Part shown: positions 13,135 through 26,800 of the stretch, piece by piece
How the letters are laid out: each line of letters begins with the position of its first letter
Numbering within the stretch: the first letter of the stretch is position 1
From: Podarcis pityusensis
Lineage: Eukaryota
NCBI GenBank assembly: GCA_964106645.2
Contig: OZ067042.1
Direction: 5' to 3' (one strand)
Length of the DNA stretch: 64,000 bases
Position numbers and translations under genes: made by a program
The notes under the pieces: model-generated
Seen by the model: only the letters and a program-made list of their open reading frames with translations
What the model was told of the DNA's origin: nothing
Databases searched by the model: none

Positions 13135-13240
13135 CCCGCTTGGTGGTTTGCCATAGGCATCAAGTTGGCCACTATGAAAACAGGATGCTGGACTAGATCA
13201 GCTATTGGCCTGATCCAGCAGGCTGTCCTTATGTTCTTAA
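13135..13240 (+). mobile_element. CR1 LINE 3' end fragment
   Basis: GGATGCTGGACTAGAT...GGCCTGATCCAGCAGGCT...CTTATGTTCTTA tail, shared with the 62896 copy. Confidence 0.65.
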
Positions 13241-14039
13241 GGATGGTGTGTCTGAACTATACAAATGTGTGTGGAGGCAGCAACGCTTCTCAGACGAGGT
13301 TTCTTGCTTTGCCAAGAGTGGGGCACATTTCCCGTCTTTGTATTTATTTCTTCTTCAGAAGCAAACAAGCAGAGGCAGGAAAAAGTCTGGAATGTCAAAC
13401 ACGCCCAGACTATCTGCAGAGCAGGAACAGCCTCCTGTGGCAAATTTGTGCAAATCTGCTGACTACAAGCGAGCGAACCAAACGTCAACAGTTTGTTCTT
13501 ATCTAACAGTGAGTATGCGCAGGGGTACATGAAGAGCACACATTTACAGGACGACAAACCGGCTGATTGATTTGATCTGATTTAATTGCATGGATTAATT
13601 TGCAGCTAGGGTTTCTTCACGCTTATGCTGTGTGAGTGTGTAAAAGCACATGGAGGATCCCTCCTGCCTCGTGGTGGTAACTGCTTCTTTTACACAGGCT
13701 ACTTCAAGGTCTTAGGAACGGGGATCAACTGATTAGGGATCTTGGAGGCAGATTATGTGGATCCTTTCACTAGTACAGGAGTTTTCCATAAGAAGGGCTT
13801 AAGATCCCCGTACGCAGGACACTGCAGCCCTGTAGTACGATTCTTTGCACGTTGACTCTGGAGTAAGCCGCAATATGTTTAACAGAGCTTCCCCCAGGTA
13901 AAAAAGCGCGTGGGATGTAAATACAGTGGATCGGGCTGTGAAAATTACATCTGCTTCCGTACTTTCTAATCCTGGGGTAGATTACAAAATAACTGGCTGC
14001 GGGAAGCCAGTTCTGCTGAAGGTTTCCTTTCCCCCATAT

Positions 14040-14640
14040 ATGCCCGTGTAAGGCCGGCTCGGCTATGCCGTTCGCTTTTCATCCGCACTCAACTCGCACT
14101 AGTACCCAGCAGAAGCCGTCCTCCGCAAGGTGGTTGGAGGTGGGACCGGGCAGATAAAGGACGGCGCGCCTGCGTAGTAGGGAGAGGGCGGGGCGAAGTC
14201 TGACTCGGTGGCGCATGCGCGCCGAGAGGCGGTCGCCCCGCTCAGGTAACGGGGGCTATTTCGCTCCCTTCTTTTTAGGGTCCGGCCTCCGTTGCGCCCC
14301 GCGCTGTGTAGTTAGGCTGCGCCCTTTGAGGATAGGGAGGGAGCGGCCAGGGTGCGAAGTTGGGGTGGCGGTGGGAGAGGACCTGGCGGCATTGCCTGGG
14401 GTCGGGTGGCCAAACATGACTGGGAGGGAGGCGTGTTGGGGTGCAGAGGGGGACTTTTGAGGAGGCTGCCTGTGGGGCGCTCTTGGGGGCGTGTTTAGGG
14501 AGAAGGGGGCCTGAGCGCACCTGTTTTTCTGTGTACGTGGGATAGGGGGACGTACCTGGGATGGGAAGAGGAGAGCCCCGTTTACAGTGGAGGTGAGCTG
14601 GGGTGGGGCAGGGTGGGGCGGGAGGAAGTAGGTAGGTGCC
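14040..14640 (+). promoter_or_regulatory. CpG island / ARMH3 promoter with probable non-coding exon 1 ending at 14245
   Basis: GC box GGGCGGGG 14186-14193, perfect NRF1 palindrome GCGCATGCGC 14211-14220, splice donor CAG|GTAAC at 14245/14246, G-rich intron start. Confidence 0.75.
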
Positions 14641-17600
14641 GCTGCTCAGGAGGCAGTTTTATGCATTTCCTGCTTTAGTCATCTCCCCCCACTCCTCTTT
14701 TCTGTTGTTAAGCTCTTTCCCCTTCCTGCACCCCTGTTGCAGTAGTATGGAAGAGGGAAGAGCTCTCATTTGGGGGCAGGTGAAGTGTCTTGTTCTACTG
14801 TTGCCCACACGCTTAAGCTTCCACGTGGTTCCCTGCCCTCATAATTGGGACCAGTGTGCTCTTTCTTCTCTTGTTTCCACATATTTTGATAAAAGATTGG
14901 CTTCCCTGCCCCAAATCTTGTTTCTGTATGGGGTCCATTCTTCATAGATCACGTAATACAGAGTCGATTCCCAGCTGTTGGAGATGACTAAATTAATATT
15001 CTTCAAGGGTGGATTCCCTTCTTTTCTTAGCCTTCCAGGGTATACCTATGGGCACAGTGAAGACTGTTAATTGGTTCGTAGGAGTTGGCTCCTATGTTTA
15101 TAGCTTATACCATCACAGTGCATGTATGCACTTTGTTATGTGTTCACAGGAAAGCTGAGTGATTATAGCAGCTGGGTGCACAAGAAAGTGTACACATGCA
15201 TTACAATACATATGTGTTGTCCACTTTCTTTGATGATCTATGTATTTGTTAACTCCCACACAGAAGTAGCTCCGTGTTGGGGTTTTGCAATGTCTGAAGC
15301 TGCTCCAAGTGTGCTTGCACATGTTAATAAAATCAAACAACTTCTCAGAAATATTGCAATCTGCATGTGCCACTTGTATTCATTTTAAAATATACCTGTC
15401 TTTTGATTTCTTTGGTCTATAGTTTTTTTGGGTCACACATAACCAAGTGAGGGAACCTAAAATTGAAATGGTGAACACTTGCTTAACAGCAAGGCATATG
15501 TTTTAAAAATGACTTATAAAATACCTTATGCATTTCCCCATTTCATAAAGCAAATGCTTTGAAGTAAAAGAGAAGCTGCAGAACTTAAAACCACAGTTGA
15601 TGTGGTATTCATGATGACCCTTTTCTTTATGCATGAAAGTAGCCATAAGGGAAATAGGAAAATGCACATGGGGTTACAGCTAGGTAACTATGGCTTCCCT
15701 CCTCCAGCAGGCCATTCCCTTTCTACACACACACCATTTCTGCCCTCCTTTTCACAAACAATATTCTGTGGTTACTGAGAATTTTCTGCCCTTATTGGCG
15801 GTTTTTGTTTTTAAATTGTTTTATATCTGCAACCCTTGGAGTTCCCTTGAATGATCTAATTCTTCTCTCATATTTCTCTGTGTTCTTGTTACTTTTCCTG
15901 GCATTCCCCACTTGATTTCACTATTAGTAATTTCATCATCATCTTGTGCCTCCACTCGATGCAACCCCTTATATCCCATCATAATGAGTATCTGTTCACA
16001 TAATCCCAACACTGTGCTTTGAAAGTGTATTAGCATTTATTCAAAGGTAACAGATTCCATGGTTTACATTTTGTGGTAACTCTGACACAGATTAGAAGAT
16101 TTCCTCATGGTTTTTATTTCTGTAACAACTTCTCATTGAAGCTTTGTTTAAATAATTAACATTTGTACATAATGAAGGGGAGCTGAAGCTGTAAGAGCAC
16201 AGTTAACTTAAAAGACAATCTGCATTCATGCCTAAGTAGGAATTTGGACCCATACCTCTCTAGTTCAAGAGGTAACATTGCCCACCAGCTCACATTCCAA
16301 TAGCAAAATTTGATTAGAGGTTTGTGTCCCAGTGTTGATGGTTAGTTTATTATAATTGAGATTGATTGGCCTGGAGAATGGTCTGAAAGTCCCTGGCACA
16401 CTTTTGCCACAAGTACGAAGCAGAATTGGCTCTATCAGGAAAGAGTAGACAGACTACAGACTTGGCAAATATTCTTTGTTCTTTATTAGAGTCCCAATAT
16501 CTATTAACCAGAGCCAGGAGCAAAAGACATACAGTTATAATTAAAGAAGAGGGTGCCTCTGAGTACATTCTGAGCCCAGGAATTGGTTTTCAGTACCATA
16601 ACTGAATTATGCTCACAACCCTTTCACCGAAAAGTGCATTCCCGGTTAGCGTTCTTCATTTCTGCAGCCTAATTTAGGTGTGAAAAGTCATCTTGTTGCT
16701 ATTTTTAAACAACTGGGAGTCAGGAATGCTTGCTGATTTATTGCAAATTGTCTAGAGATCTATCAGTAGATTCCAGTCTACACTCTTCCCACCCCTGCTA
16801 TAAGGGGTGGATTCTTGGGAATCCTTTGTAAGCTGTTCAGAGGCTCTGATGTAGAGGGACATCTTATATTATGCTTCTAAATATCATAAATAAAACTGCA
16901 TATTTGTGACTGATATGTCTAACTCGTAATGGGTTACCGTCTGTTTGTCTGCCGTTCTCTAGAAGTAGTTGTGGTTGGTTATGCCAGCAGTGTCTATTTT
17001 ATTTTTCCTTCTCTAATTCTTCTCCTTTCTCATTTTGCTTCTGTATTTTCCCTCTCTGTGTTAGTAAGATCAGTCGGTTGGGTGTTTTTGTGGTGGAGGG
17101 ATCTGAAACACGTGAGCTAAAGTTGCTGGGCAGTGAATCAAGTCATTGTCAGGCAGGTTTTAACCTGAGAGTTGGAACATGGCAGGACAGCAGGGGTTCT
17201 TGCATTGCAAACTTGATCTTATTGTATTCTTTTCTCCCTTTCTCTTTGTATTACAGAAGTAGTAGCTGCTTCACATGGGGACTTCTTAGACACTGAGCTG
17301 TACAAAAGAAGATCAAAATTGTAAGTGCTGATTCTAAGGAAGGTACTTGTATCACACCTGTAACTAACTTCGGTAAGATGCTTTGCTTTCTCGGGATAAG
17401 AAGTTTGAAATTCAAAAGTGGCTACTTCATTACTTCAGCTGTAGGTTTCAGGATAATAAAATAATGTTACCCCCCACTGGCTGTGGAGTGTGTTTGCAAC
17501 TTAATATGAGGCAGTTGGAGTCTATATTGCTTACACACAAGTGGTTTCCTTAGTTCCAATTAGTTCTAGGTGTGCAAATGTATTCCTGGATGTGGGGTCG

Positions 17601-17709
17601 CAAGAGGCTTAATTTATAGGCACTGAGGCCATTCTGAGGTTATTGTGGGCTTAATTTTGTTCCCTTGTAGATCAGTTTTAAACTCTGGCAGTAGAAAGAA
17701 ATGAGCTTG

Positions 17710-17845
17710 CCTCTGAATATCATTTGCCGGGAATGGGAGAGTGCTGTTGCAGGCATGCCTTGCCTAGGGGCTTCCCTTTGGCATCTGGTTGGCTACTGAG
17801 ACCAGAATGGTGGACAAGATAAGCTCAGCAGAGTTCTTCTTACGT
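17710..17845 (+). mobile_element. CR1 LINE 3' end fragment (degenerate)
   Basis: GGAGAGTGCTGTTGC...GCATCTGGTTGGCTACTG...TTCTTCTTACGT, similar to the other CR1 tails in the window. Confidence 0.55.
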
Positions 17846-19274
17846 AGTTTCAGTCATGGGATGAGACTGCAAGTTATGACAGGGAAACATTGCACTGTAA
17901 AATATTATGTTTAGAACAGAAAATTCTATTTCTAGAAATATTTCAGTTTCACCATATAATTGTATGGTGCCATAGAGTATTTCCTGATTTTAATGTCATC
18001 TCTGCAAAAGTCAATGTTTAATCTCGCTTCTTCTTTTTTAGTCTTTCTGCATAATATGAGATAAGGAGAAATTAATGTATCTGGCAGCAGCTGTGTATGT
18101 AGCTGCTCTGTGTCATGCCCTGTTGCTCTGTTGCCTCTTTTCTTCTCTGCCTGTTACAGCAGGCCGAAGGGGCTGGAGAAAGCAGAGGGGTGGTGATGCA
18201 GGAACACAGCAGCTGCGTACTCTGGCATTGCTTCAGTGGGTTTCAGTCTGTGGTGGCAGACATTACTTTGGGTCTGGTCTCTGGCTGTCAACGGTGACTA
18301 GAGAGAGAAGTTGGAGAGGTTCACAACCAGGGCATAACAATATCCTTCTCCTGTTTGTTGGTAGCACTTAGGGCATTATTTGAAAATCGGAATCTGTCTG
18401 ACTATAATTCTCCCTGCCCTGTCCCACCCTTGGGTATTGCATACTACCCGGTCAAGCTTTTAAAAAAGTTGCTCTGCATTGGGATGCTGGAGGAATGCTA
18501 TAACCAATTCCACCTATTGATCTCTCTTGCTCAGCCCCTTGGTGGACCCTCAGATGTTGAAGACTTTGGGGATGCATTTCAGTGTGCTAGAATTATGATG
18601 CTGTGTTTGTTTGGAAACATGGTAATAGCTTGTTGAAATAAGCAGCTACTTTTCTAAAACTGAAGAAGAATGAAGGTCTGTACCAGTGATTTCTGTAGAT
18701 CACGAGACCAAAAAAGCCCTTGAAGTTTTAGAATGAGAGGGTATTTGTACTTTTTGTTAACAGCTTTCCACATGTTACTTTGGATTCTCTAACGTAGGCA
18801 GCTATAAGAGAGAAGAGACAGTCTTAATTGTTGCCTCTAGCAAATTCCCATATGCATGTGTACTCTGTCTAGTTTAGGACAGCCTGTGTCCCAGTTCTAG
18901 CCTTGTTGAAAGTGTGAACTTATCTGCATGATTGTGTTACCTGTCTGTAGCTTCTTTGCTCTCACTTTACAAAGGGATGTAGAATATTTTGCTTTCCTGG
19001 GCACCCAACACAAGAACTGAAATCTGTTATTCCTGACTAGGTGTACAAGGATGTTCTTTAACCACATGAAATAACTTTGAACCAGAAGTATGGCTTGTTG
19101 TTTTAGTAGTGGTGACATGGTGTGATTAGTTGTATTCCCGGTAGACTACTTGGAGTATATGGACATAAGTGTGTCCTATTGATCTTGCTCCGACTTTATG
19201 ATTTTTGTCGCAAAAATCTTTGAGTCTGACAAACACAATGTTGTGCTACTGGTAGCGCCTTCCTACAACTTTCT

Positions 19275-19393
19275 GGGTCGTATTCAACCAACTTGTATTC
19301 AGAGTAGACCCCTTGAAATTAGTGACCATGGCTAACTTAGGTCCATTAACTTCAATGCATCTACTCGGAATAAAAGTTAATTGAATACAACAC
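19275..19393. mobile_element. Palindromic MITE (possibly PIF/Harbinger-type); related copy about 5705-5795
   Basis: GTCGTATTCAAC...GAGTAGA...TTGAAATTA / TTAACTTCAA...TCTACTC...TTGAATACAAC; nearly the whole element is an inverted repeat. Confidence 0.6.
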
Positions 19394-20779
19394 AGAAAAT
19401 TACAAGAAGGTGATGCCAGTAGTGCATTGCACTACCTGCTAGAGATTGGCATTGTGTTCCAAAGGTAACAATGGTGCATGTTTCTGCACCTGCCCCTTTA
19501 GACCAGACAAATGTGTGGAAGAAATGTCCTGCTATATGACCTGCTTCATATGCCTGATGTTTGCAGAAGATAAATCTCTGTGTGGTAGGCTGAAGCTAAT
19601 ATATGTCAGTCACTGGAAATGCTCATGAAGGAGAAAGTTGTGGTATTTTCTCTCTATTGTAAGCAGTTGAAATGAGGAGCTCTTTAGGCGTTGCAGATGT
19701 GCTACCATGTTTGTGCTGCTCTGTGCATTATTTATTGTGCCTAAATGGAACTGCCATATGCCCCAGCTTCTGCTTTACCTCTATAAGTCTATGTCAGCAC
19801 AGATGCTAGTTGCTTTAAATCCAGTAATCCTAGTATTGGGGTGAGGGCTGGTAGTTTACCCCAGGAAAGGAGACTTTTGCAATGTGTATGTAGGCTATGG
19901 GATTGTAGGGCAGTGTGACACTTTCTTTGTGACTTCTTGCTCACAAGAGGAAAGCAAACTTTTCAATAATGGTAGAGAATAGTTGTTGAATAGAAAATAT
20001 TCCTTTGGGCCAATTCCTATGTTAAACAAAGGTGTGCTTATCATCATTTGTACATGTTTAGAATTTCAGTCAATGCTAACTGCCTGGAGCATGTATCTAC
20101 ATAATATATTTCTAAATGTGTATCTGTGGCTTGTGTGCACTGCATTTTTATATTAACAGGTACAGATTTTTGTGTGTATAAGATTGGTGTGAAGTTGTGT
20201 TGCAGGATTCCTAATTTAGCAGGACTTCTGATACAACTATAGTGCTCAGTAGACCAATTTCTACTTTCTTAGGTGCTAAATTTATACTTCCTGCTTGGGG
20301 TTTCCTGTTTGGGACTCTGACTTAGCCAGATATTTGTTGGATTACTTTTGACAAGACTTTCTCTCCAGTTCCTCACATTTTTAAATGAATCTGTAATCTT
20401 CCATTCTCCACACTTTCGCTTTCTGTCCAGAATACCTGATGTGAAATGATTCCTGCAGCAGGTATAAGAAGAAAACCATTGCATATAAAAAAACCATGTG
20501 CAAATCTATTTTGTATTATGCACATTTGGACAAATGTACACTTCCATTTTATTAAACTTATTTTTTGTACTTTTTCTCCTATGTAGAAAAAATATGTGTG
20601 AAGCAGCCCAGAGGAAATTAAGATGGTTGTAATGTAGTTAATAGCTATAAAGTGCCTTGTAAGCTCTAAATTTTTTTAAAAGCAGAGCATAACCTGGAAA
20701 TGTGTGAATGCTGTGGAAATTAATCGTGAGAGAGCTTCTCTGAAATGTGGCATGTCTCTCTATCCATAGATTGTAAGCC

Positions 20780-20881
20780 ATGGCGCAAGCTGAGAAGAAA
20801 GGCGGATTGCTCCGGAAATCTTCAGCTAGTAAGAAACCCTTGAAAGAGAAGGTTGTGCTAATGTATGATGAGATCTTTACG
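20780..20881 (+). CDS. ARMH3: ARMH3 coding exon 1 (exon begins 20770)
   Basis: Kozak GCCATGG; [34 protein letters not shown]; donor GTAAGG. Confidence 0.95.
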
Positions 20882-23800
20882 GTAAGGATTGGACTTTGCT
20901 CTCCTCATTGTGGCATTTTGTTCAGCTGCAGGATACATTTTACTATGCTGAAGTAGTCCCATTGGGAAGTGTAAGGCAGGTTGCCCTGGAGCTGTGCCTT
21001 ATTGCATTATCTCTGGTTTCCTCTCTTAGTTTAGTATTAGTAGTATCTAGTATTAAGAATGAGAAGGGGAATGCAGTGAATCCTGCCTCTGGGTATGCTT
21101 TTACTTTGCTGCTTTGAGGTGAGTATATCTGTACAGCAGGAGATTTCCTCATTTAGAATTACCTCTGCAGGCTCTACCATTGATAAACTGCGGAAGAATA
21201 TATGGTGTGTCTCAGGGCCCATTTCTGCATGCTGTTTCCTGTTTTCCTGGTTATAATATTGCTATAAGGACATCCATATTTTGTATCCACAGTGGCCATT
21301 GTAACAGGAATTACGTTCTCTTTCAGACAGAGGATCCCAGTAAATGCAGTCCTCGGTTTTGGGAGGAGCTCTTCCTCATGAAGGTAATATAGCAAAGATC
21401 AAAAACATCCACTGTCTTCTAATCATCTCTTCATGTTTACTCATCTATGTAGCAATTTTCCACCTTTAGCCATGTCCTTAGTGACTCCATGAATTGGCTT
21501 TTCCCTTTTCCCTTTGTCTTGACAGGTGAACTTGGAGTACCTGGAAGGGAAGCTGGAGTCTCTAGATGGCGAAGAGCTGATGAAGATAAAAGATAATATT
21601 AACTGTTTGTTCCAGCGCTGCATCCGGGCTTTGGGAGAAGAACATCCTATCAGAGTGGTCAATGCATTACAGGTGCTGTACTGTACATTTTGTGTCTCCA
21701 GTGGAGCTAAACCCAGGAACAGGCAGCTAATGACAGTTGTATCAGTGTTGATGAAGGAAAGAGTCCACTTCCCATTAAGATTGACTAAGATACATGTCAG
21801 TTCAGTGTGCTAGACCAAAAATCCCCTCTGTTAGCATTTATATAATAATAAAATGGTTTCTCTTCTTTGCTACTTTGTTGGCAGTCAGGAGAGTAATTGA
21901 GACTGAATCTATGTAAGCATATTTCAAGTTCCAAAACAGGCAAGCATACTAAAAATGCAGCCTGCATGGACATGGAAGAGAGTGAAGACTATGTAATATG
22001 AATCTGCTGTGTTTACTAAATCAAAGTAAACATCTTCCCAAAATACAGCTGTAAGGGTCTAGGGCATATAATAATAGGCTCTTGGTGCACTGAAAGCTTT
22101 CTCACAGTTCTAGTGTTTTTCTCTTTCCGACACAGACGCTGTGTGCACTGATCCGTGGAGTTCATCAGAAGAACAAATCCACATCTGGCTTTGACATCAT
22201 CAACATGTTAATGGGTTTTGACAAGGCTGAACTGTGTATGAAGGTGAGGGCTAGCTAGAGTGCAATAAAAGAAAGTGCTGCAGGTGAGGGTTAGGGAGAC
22301 TGCAATAAGAGGCAATGGTGTGCTTGTGGAAGAGACATGTTAATCCATTGTTAAATATATTGGTTACAGTGTCTCCCATAGTATTAAAAGGTCTTGTCCA
22401 AGGTATGGACAGTCTCATGTCAAATATAGTTGATATCTGCATGCAACCTCATGTGTTGCTTATATTTCTGCTAGCTTTCTTTGTCCTTTTGAGTACTGGT
22501 AACAGAGAAGAAACAATGGCATATAGTGCTTTTTGCAGAATTGATGTGTTGACTTTTAGACACTGTATAAATATCTATAATGAGGCTGTGATTTGCAACT
22601 AGAGGGCAAAAATAGAAATCCTTTAAAATGCTTCATAACTAAATGTATCACAGCTGGGTTTTCTTTTGTGTGTGGGGAATTAGCTCCATAAGGAAGCAAG
22701 GCTAATTACAGTATAATAGCACCTTGCTTGAGAATTACAGCATAATCAGATCAGTGCAAGGAAGCCCCACTCAAGGATACTTCGTGCAAGCACTGGCACT
22801 TCACTCTCAGGCTACTCTGTGCATCCATCTGGGCGTACATTTTTATTTCCTTTTGTGAAATCAGCTGAGATTCTGAGGGAACAAAATTGTGTGTCACAAT
22901 CCACACTGTGGTTTTGATTTGATGAAGCACAGTTTTAGGCAGAACTGTTGCTTTAATTTGTTGTGGTTATCTCCCTTGGGAAATATATACTTGGTAATAT
23001 TTATGTTTTAGATGATGGGAAAGAATACCTTTTAGAGAATACCTTCTAGAGATGAAAGTAATTAAACAGATTTATTTATTAAAGACATTTGTATACAAAT
23101 CCCCCCATGAAAAACGCTAGGCAGCTAACAACAAAATCAAAATACGATTTAGCAAAATAAAATATAAGTTACGAAAAGTTAAGAATTTTAAAACACCAAG
23201 ACCAGCGGCAGAGTAGAAGTTATTCCAAAGTATCAGATGAAAACAAATATAGTAAAAGTGCAGTCTACAAAGAAAGAACATTCTTTAAATGGAAAGCTTT
23301 TATTAGCTTTTGTAAAGCCATTACAGAGGGGACCAGACATAATAGTATGTATGCAAGACAGCTTCATTTAGACCAGAGATGGAGAACCTGTGGTCCTCCA
23401 GATGTTGGACTGCAACTTCCATCACCTCTTACCTTAGCCATGCTGGCTGAGGCTGATGGGCATTTGAAGTCAACCATATTCAGAGAGCCAAAGGTTCCTC
23501 ATTCTTGACCTAGTATTTTACTAACATAGATCCTTCCCATCAAGGATCATGATTAAACTCTGTGGGGAAGGGCCATAGCTCAGTGGCAGAGCATCTGCCT
23601 TGCATGCAGAAGGTCCTAAATTCAATCCCTGACATATCCAGGTAGGGCTAGGAATGTTCCCTGCCTGAAGTCCTGGAGAGCCATTGCTAGTCAGCGTAGA
23701 CCAGGGGTAGTCAACCTTTTTATACCTACTGCTCACTAATGCATCTTTCTTGATGTTAAAATTTCCTTACTGCCCACCAGTGCTCGATGGAAGGAGGTTT

Positions 23801-26800
23801 CAGCTTGTGCCGTAGAACCCCCTACCGCTCTCCTAGAATCCTGAAATGCCCACTAGTGGGCAGTAGGGGCCAGGTTGACAACCCTTGGTGTAGACAAGAC
23901 TGAGCTAGATGGGCCTGTAGTCTCACTCAGGCTAAAGCAGCGTCCTATGTTCCTAGTACTGTATCGGGTACAGCGTCCGTGTGGGGGTTGTGAGAAGTAA
24001 TGGATATGCTGTGGTTCATAGTAACTTTTCCCCCTCTAGAATCTGATGGAGAGTCTGGATGCTCTGCTATGTGCAGAAGGCTCTGAAAGTCTCAAGAATT
24101 TGTGCCTGAAGCTATTACTCTGTTTGGTGACTGTAAGTAATAGACAATAGAGAGTCAACTATAAAAAGCATGCACTTTCAAAACTTGGAAATTGTTATTT
24201 GTGAATTAGCAAGGAATTCTTAATTTCTAAGGCAGAGGAACTTTCAATTCCAGCTGATCAGTATTCCTGTTATAGAGATGACTGCTGTCTAAATTACAGT
24301 CTTGGATATAAGTATTGAGTTAGTACATTTAATGTGAAGCCTCTTTTCCTGTCACAGGCAGGGATGTACTCTTATGTGTAGACCCTGTTTTAAGATTGTT
24401 CAGCGTATGCATCTCATGGAGGGAAGTTTGATACCCTTAATTATTTTAGGGAAGATTTACTAATTTACAGAGAGTTTTGTTGCTGATATCTACCTGTGAG
24501 AAATTGGTTTCTTTTTTGTTGCAAGTTTGTATTGTTTTTCTTTCTTTACAAATGTCTATCTTGTCTATCCTATCCTACAACTTTTCCCAATAGCTAATAA
24601 TAAGGAAAATCACCCTGAGGGCAGGGTGAGAGGTAGGCCAACCCATAATTAATGCAAGTATGTGAGCTTCTGTACCTCAAGCACATCCCTAAAGCTCTGC
24701 CAAGTAAAGTGTTAAGTTTCAAGAGTCTCCAGCCTAAGTCCTATTTTCTAACAGAGATTTTCAGCTTCCCTTTATCCAGAGCTCAATGGTAGGAATGTAG
24801 CAAGAAGCATTGTGATGAATCTTCTGGTGTTGGAAATACTGATTTTATTACTAGCAATATTTAGAAAGCACCCATAAGGATAGAAGATAGCCCAGAACAA
24901 AATGGTTCAGGGGAAATTATATAAGTGATAAGATAGCATTAATATTGTACTAAGTAAAATCATTAAAGTGTATACCAAAATCAGTAACCTCACTGTAGCC
25001 CTAGTACATATGCCTAGAACCCACAAAGAATGGGCTTCATTACACAGAATATGGGAGAGTTTCAGTAATTGAGAGCACTGCTTCTTGAAACAGGAGACAA
25101 CAAAAATACTGTGGAGTGGTGGGTGCAGTTCAGTAATTTTGCAAGGGTAGTAGTAGATAAGAGCATGTTTTAAGTGTGTTGTCATTTCCAGAAGCTTCTT
25201 TAAAACAACAACCGCCCTTTGATTCTCAATTCAGGTGACAGATAACATCAGTCAAAACACAATTCTGGAGTATGTGATGATTAACAGCATCTTTGAAGCT
25301 ATCTTACAGGTAAGTTCCACCCCCCCCCTAAAAAACCCCAACAAATCTCTGGGCAGTTAAATTTTCCATACTGCATAGCTATAAATAGTACAGTTCCTGT
25401 GATGTTGCTTAAATGGAAACTTAAGATGAATGCCAAGTAGCATGTTAATGTCTCTCTTGCTTTAGTCTTTCTGTTTTTGTTTTGGTCAGTGGATACATTT
25501 TAGAAGATTTCATTCAGATATTTTATAAATTTGGCACTGTGAACCTAATTCTCTAATAAGCTATGACAAGTAATTTTTTTTAGTGCAGTCAGCTTAAGTC
25601 CGTACCCAGCTATTCATTCCCTTCAAATGTGCTGATTCTCTTCAAGGTAAAATGTTCGTTTCAATTTGCTCCATACAAATGGGGGTTGTCATGGCCTTTT
25701 TAAAGTTGTATAGGTTCATTTTGGAAACAGACTTTGGGTCTGTTTGCCTGTTGTTTATCTACATCTTTTCAGTTCAGGTGTCTAGAATCACTTTGTTCTT
25801 TGCAGCATAGAACCGTAGTTAATCTAAGTTACTCCTTTTCTTGATTTTAGATCCTCTCCAGTCTCCCCAGTCGCAGGGAACATGGTTATGAAGCTGTTGT
25901 CCTGCTTGCCTTATTAGTAAACTACAGAAAATATGAGGTGAGTAATTCATGTGGAAAACGTGTACCATATCCCTAGGGCACGCGTGTCCAAAGTCTGAAT
26001 GAATTTTATTTTTTTGGTCACAGACCAGTTCCAGCTCACATACAATATCAAGGAAGTCATAAAACACAATAGGAATACATTTGAATTTGCAATTAGGTAT
26101 AACAGGGACAATACAGATATAGCAACAGTTTAAAAATATATAAATTAAAACTTAGTTATTAACATATAACCTAAAATTATCATTTAAGGCCTTAATCATT
26201 ATGATAGCACAGCTTGTTCTCTAAGTTTTATGACAATTGCACAGAATTTGGCCACCCTTAACGTGATCTCAGGATCCTTGTCCTCTACCAGGGATTTTAG
26301 ACATTGAAGTTCGGAATCATTTGGAGATTTTTGCATAGCAGGGGTAATAAATACTGAGCTTATATCCCTGTAGAAACGGCAGCGTAACAAGGCAGGAGAG
26401 ACAGTTTCTACCTCCATCAAGCTGCAGGGGCAGACTCGTTCCGAGTATGGTTTACCCTCGAATCTGTCCTGCAATAAGGCAGATGGCAGCACGTTGAATC
26501 TTGCGAGGGTAAATGACTGTCTGTATTTAGGTGTTTGTAATTTTGACAAATAATTTGCTGGGGTAAATCCTCTCCCATTATCTTTTATTGCTGGGTGTTT
26601 ATTCATCTCGCTCACGTGGCATTGCAGTTCCACATCCCAAATTCGTTGGCGGATTATTGCTCTAGCTTTCTCATAACCTACAGCTATCAGGGCCTGTGGG
26701 GAAAACCCCAAGCCTCTTAGCTTTTCATGCAGTGTAGCTTTCCATTTGGATTGGTAGGAATCCAGTAGGGTTAAGGGTGCCAACCCAACAGGGGAAAAGA

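Noticed and set aside
23570-23640. tRNA-like sequences here and at 33040-33110
   Set aside because: SINE heads continuous with SINE bodies and tails, not tRNA genes
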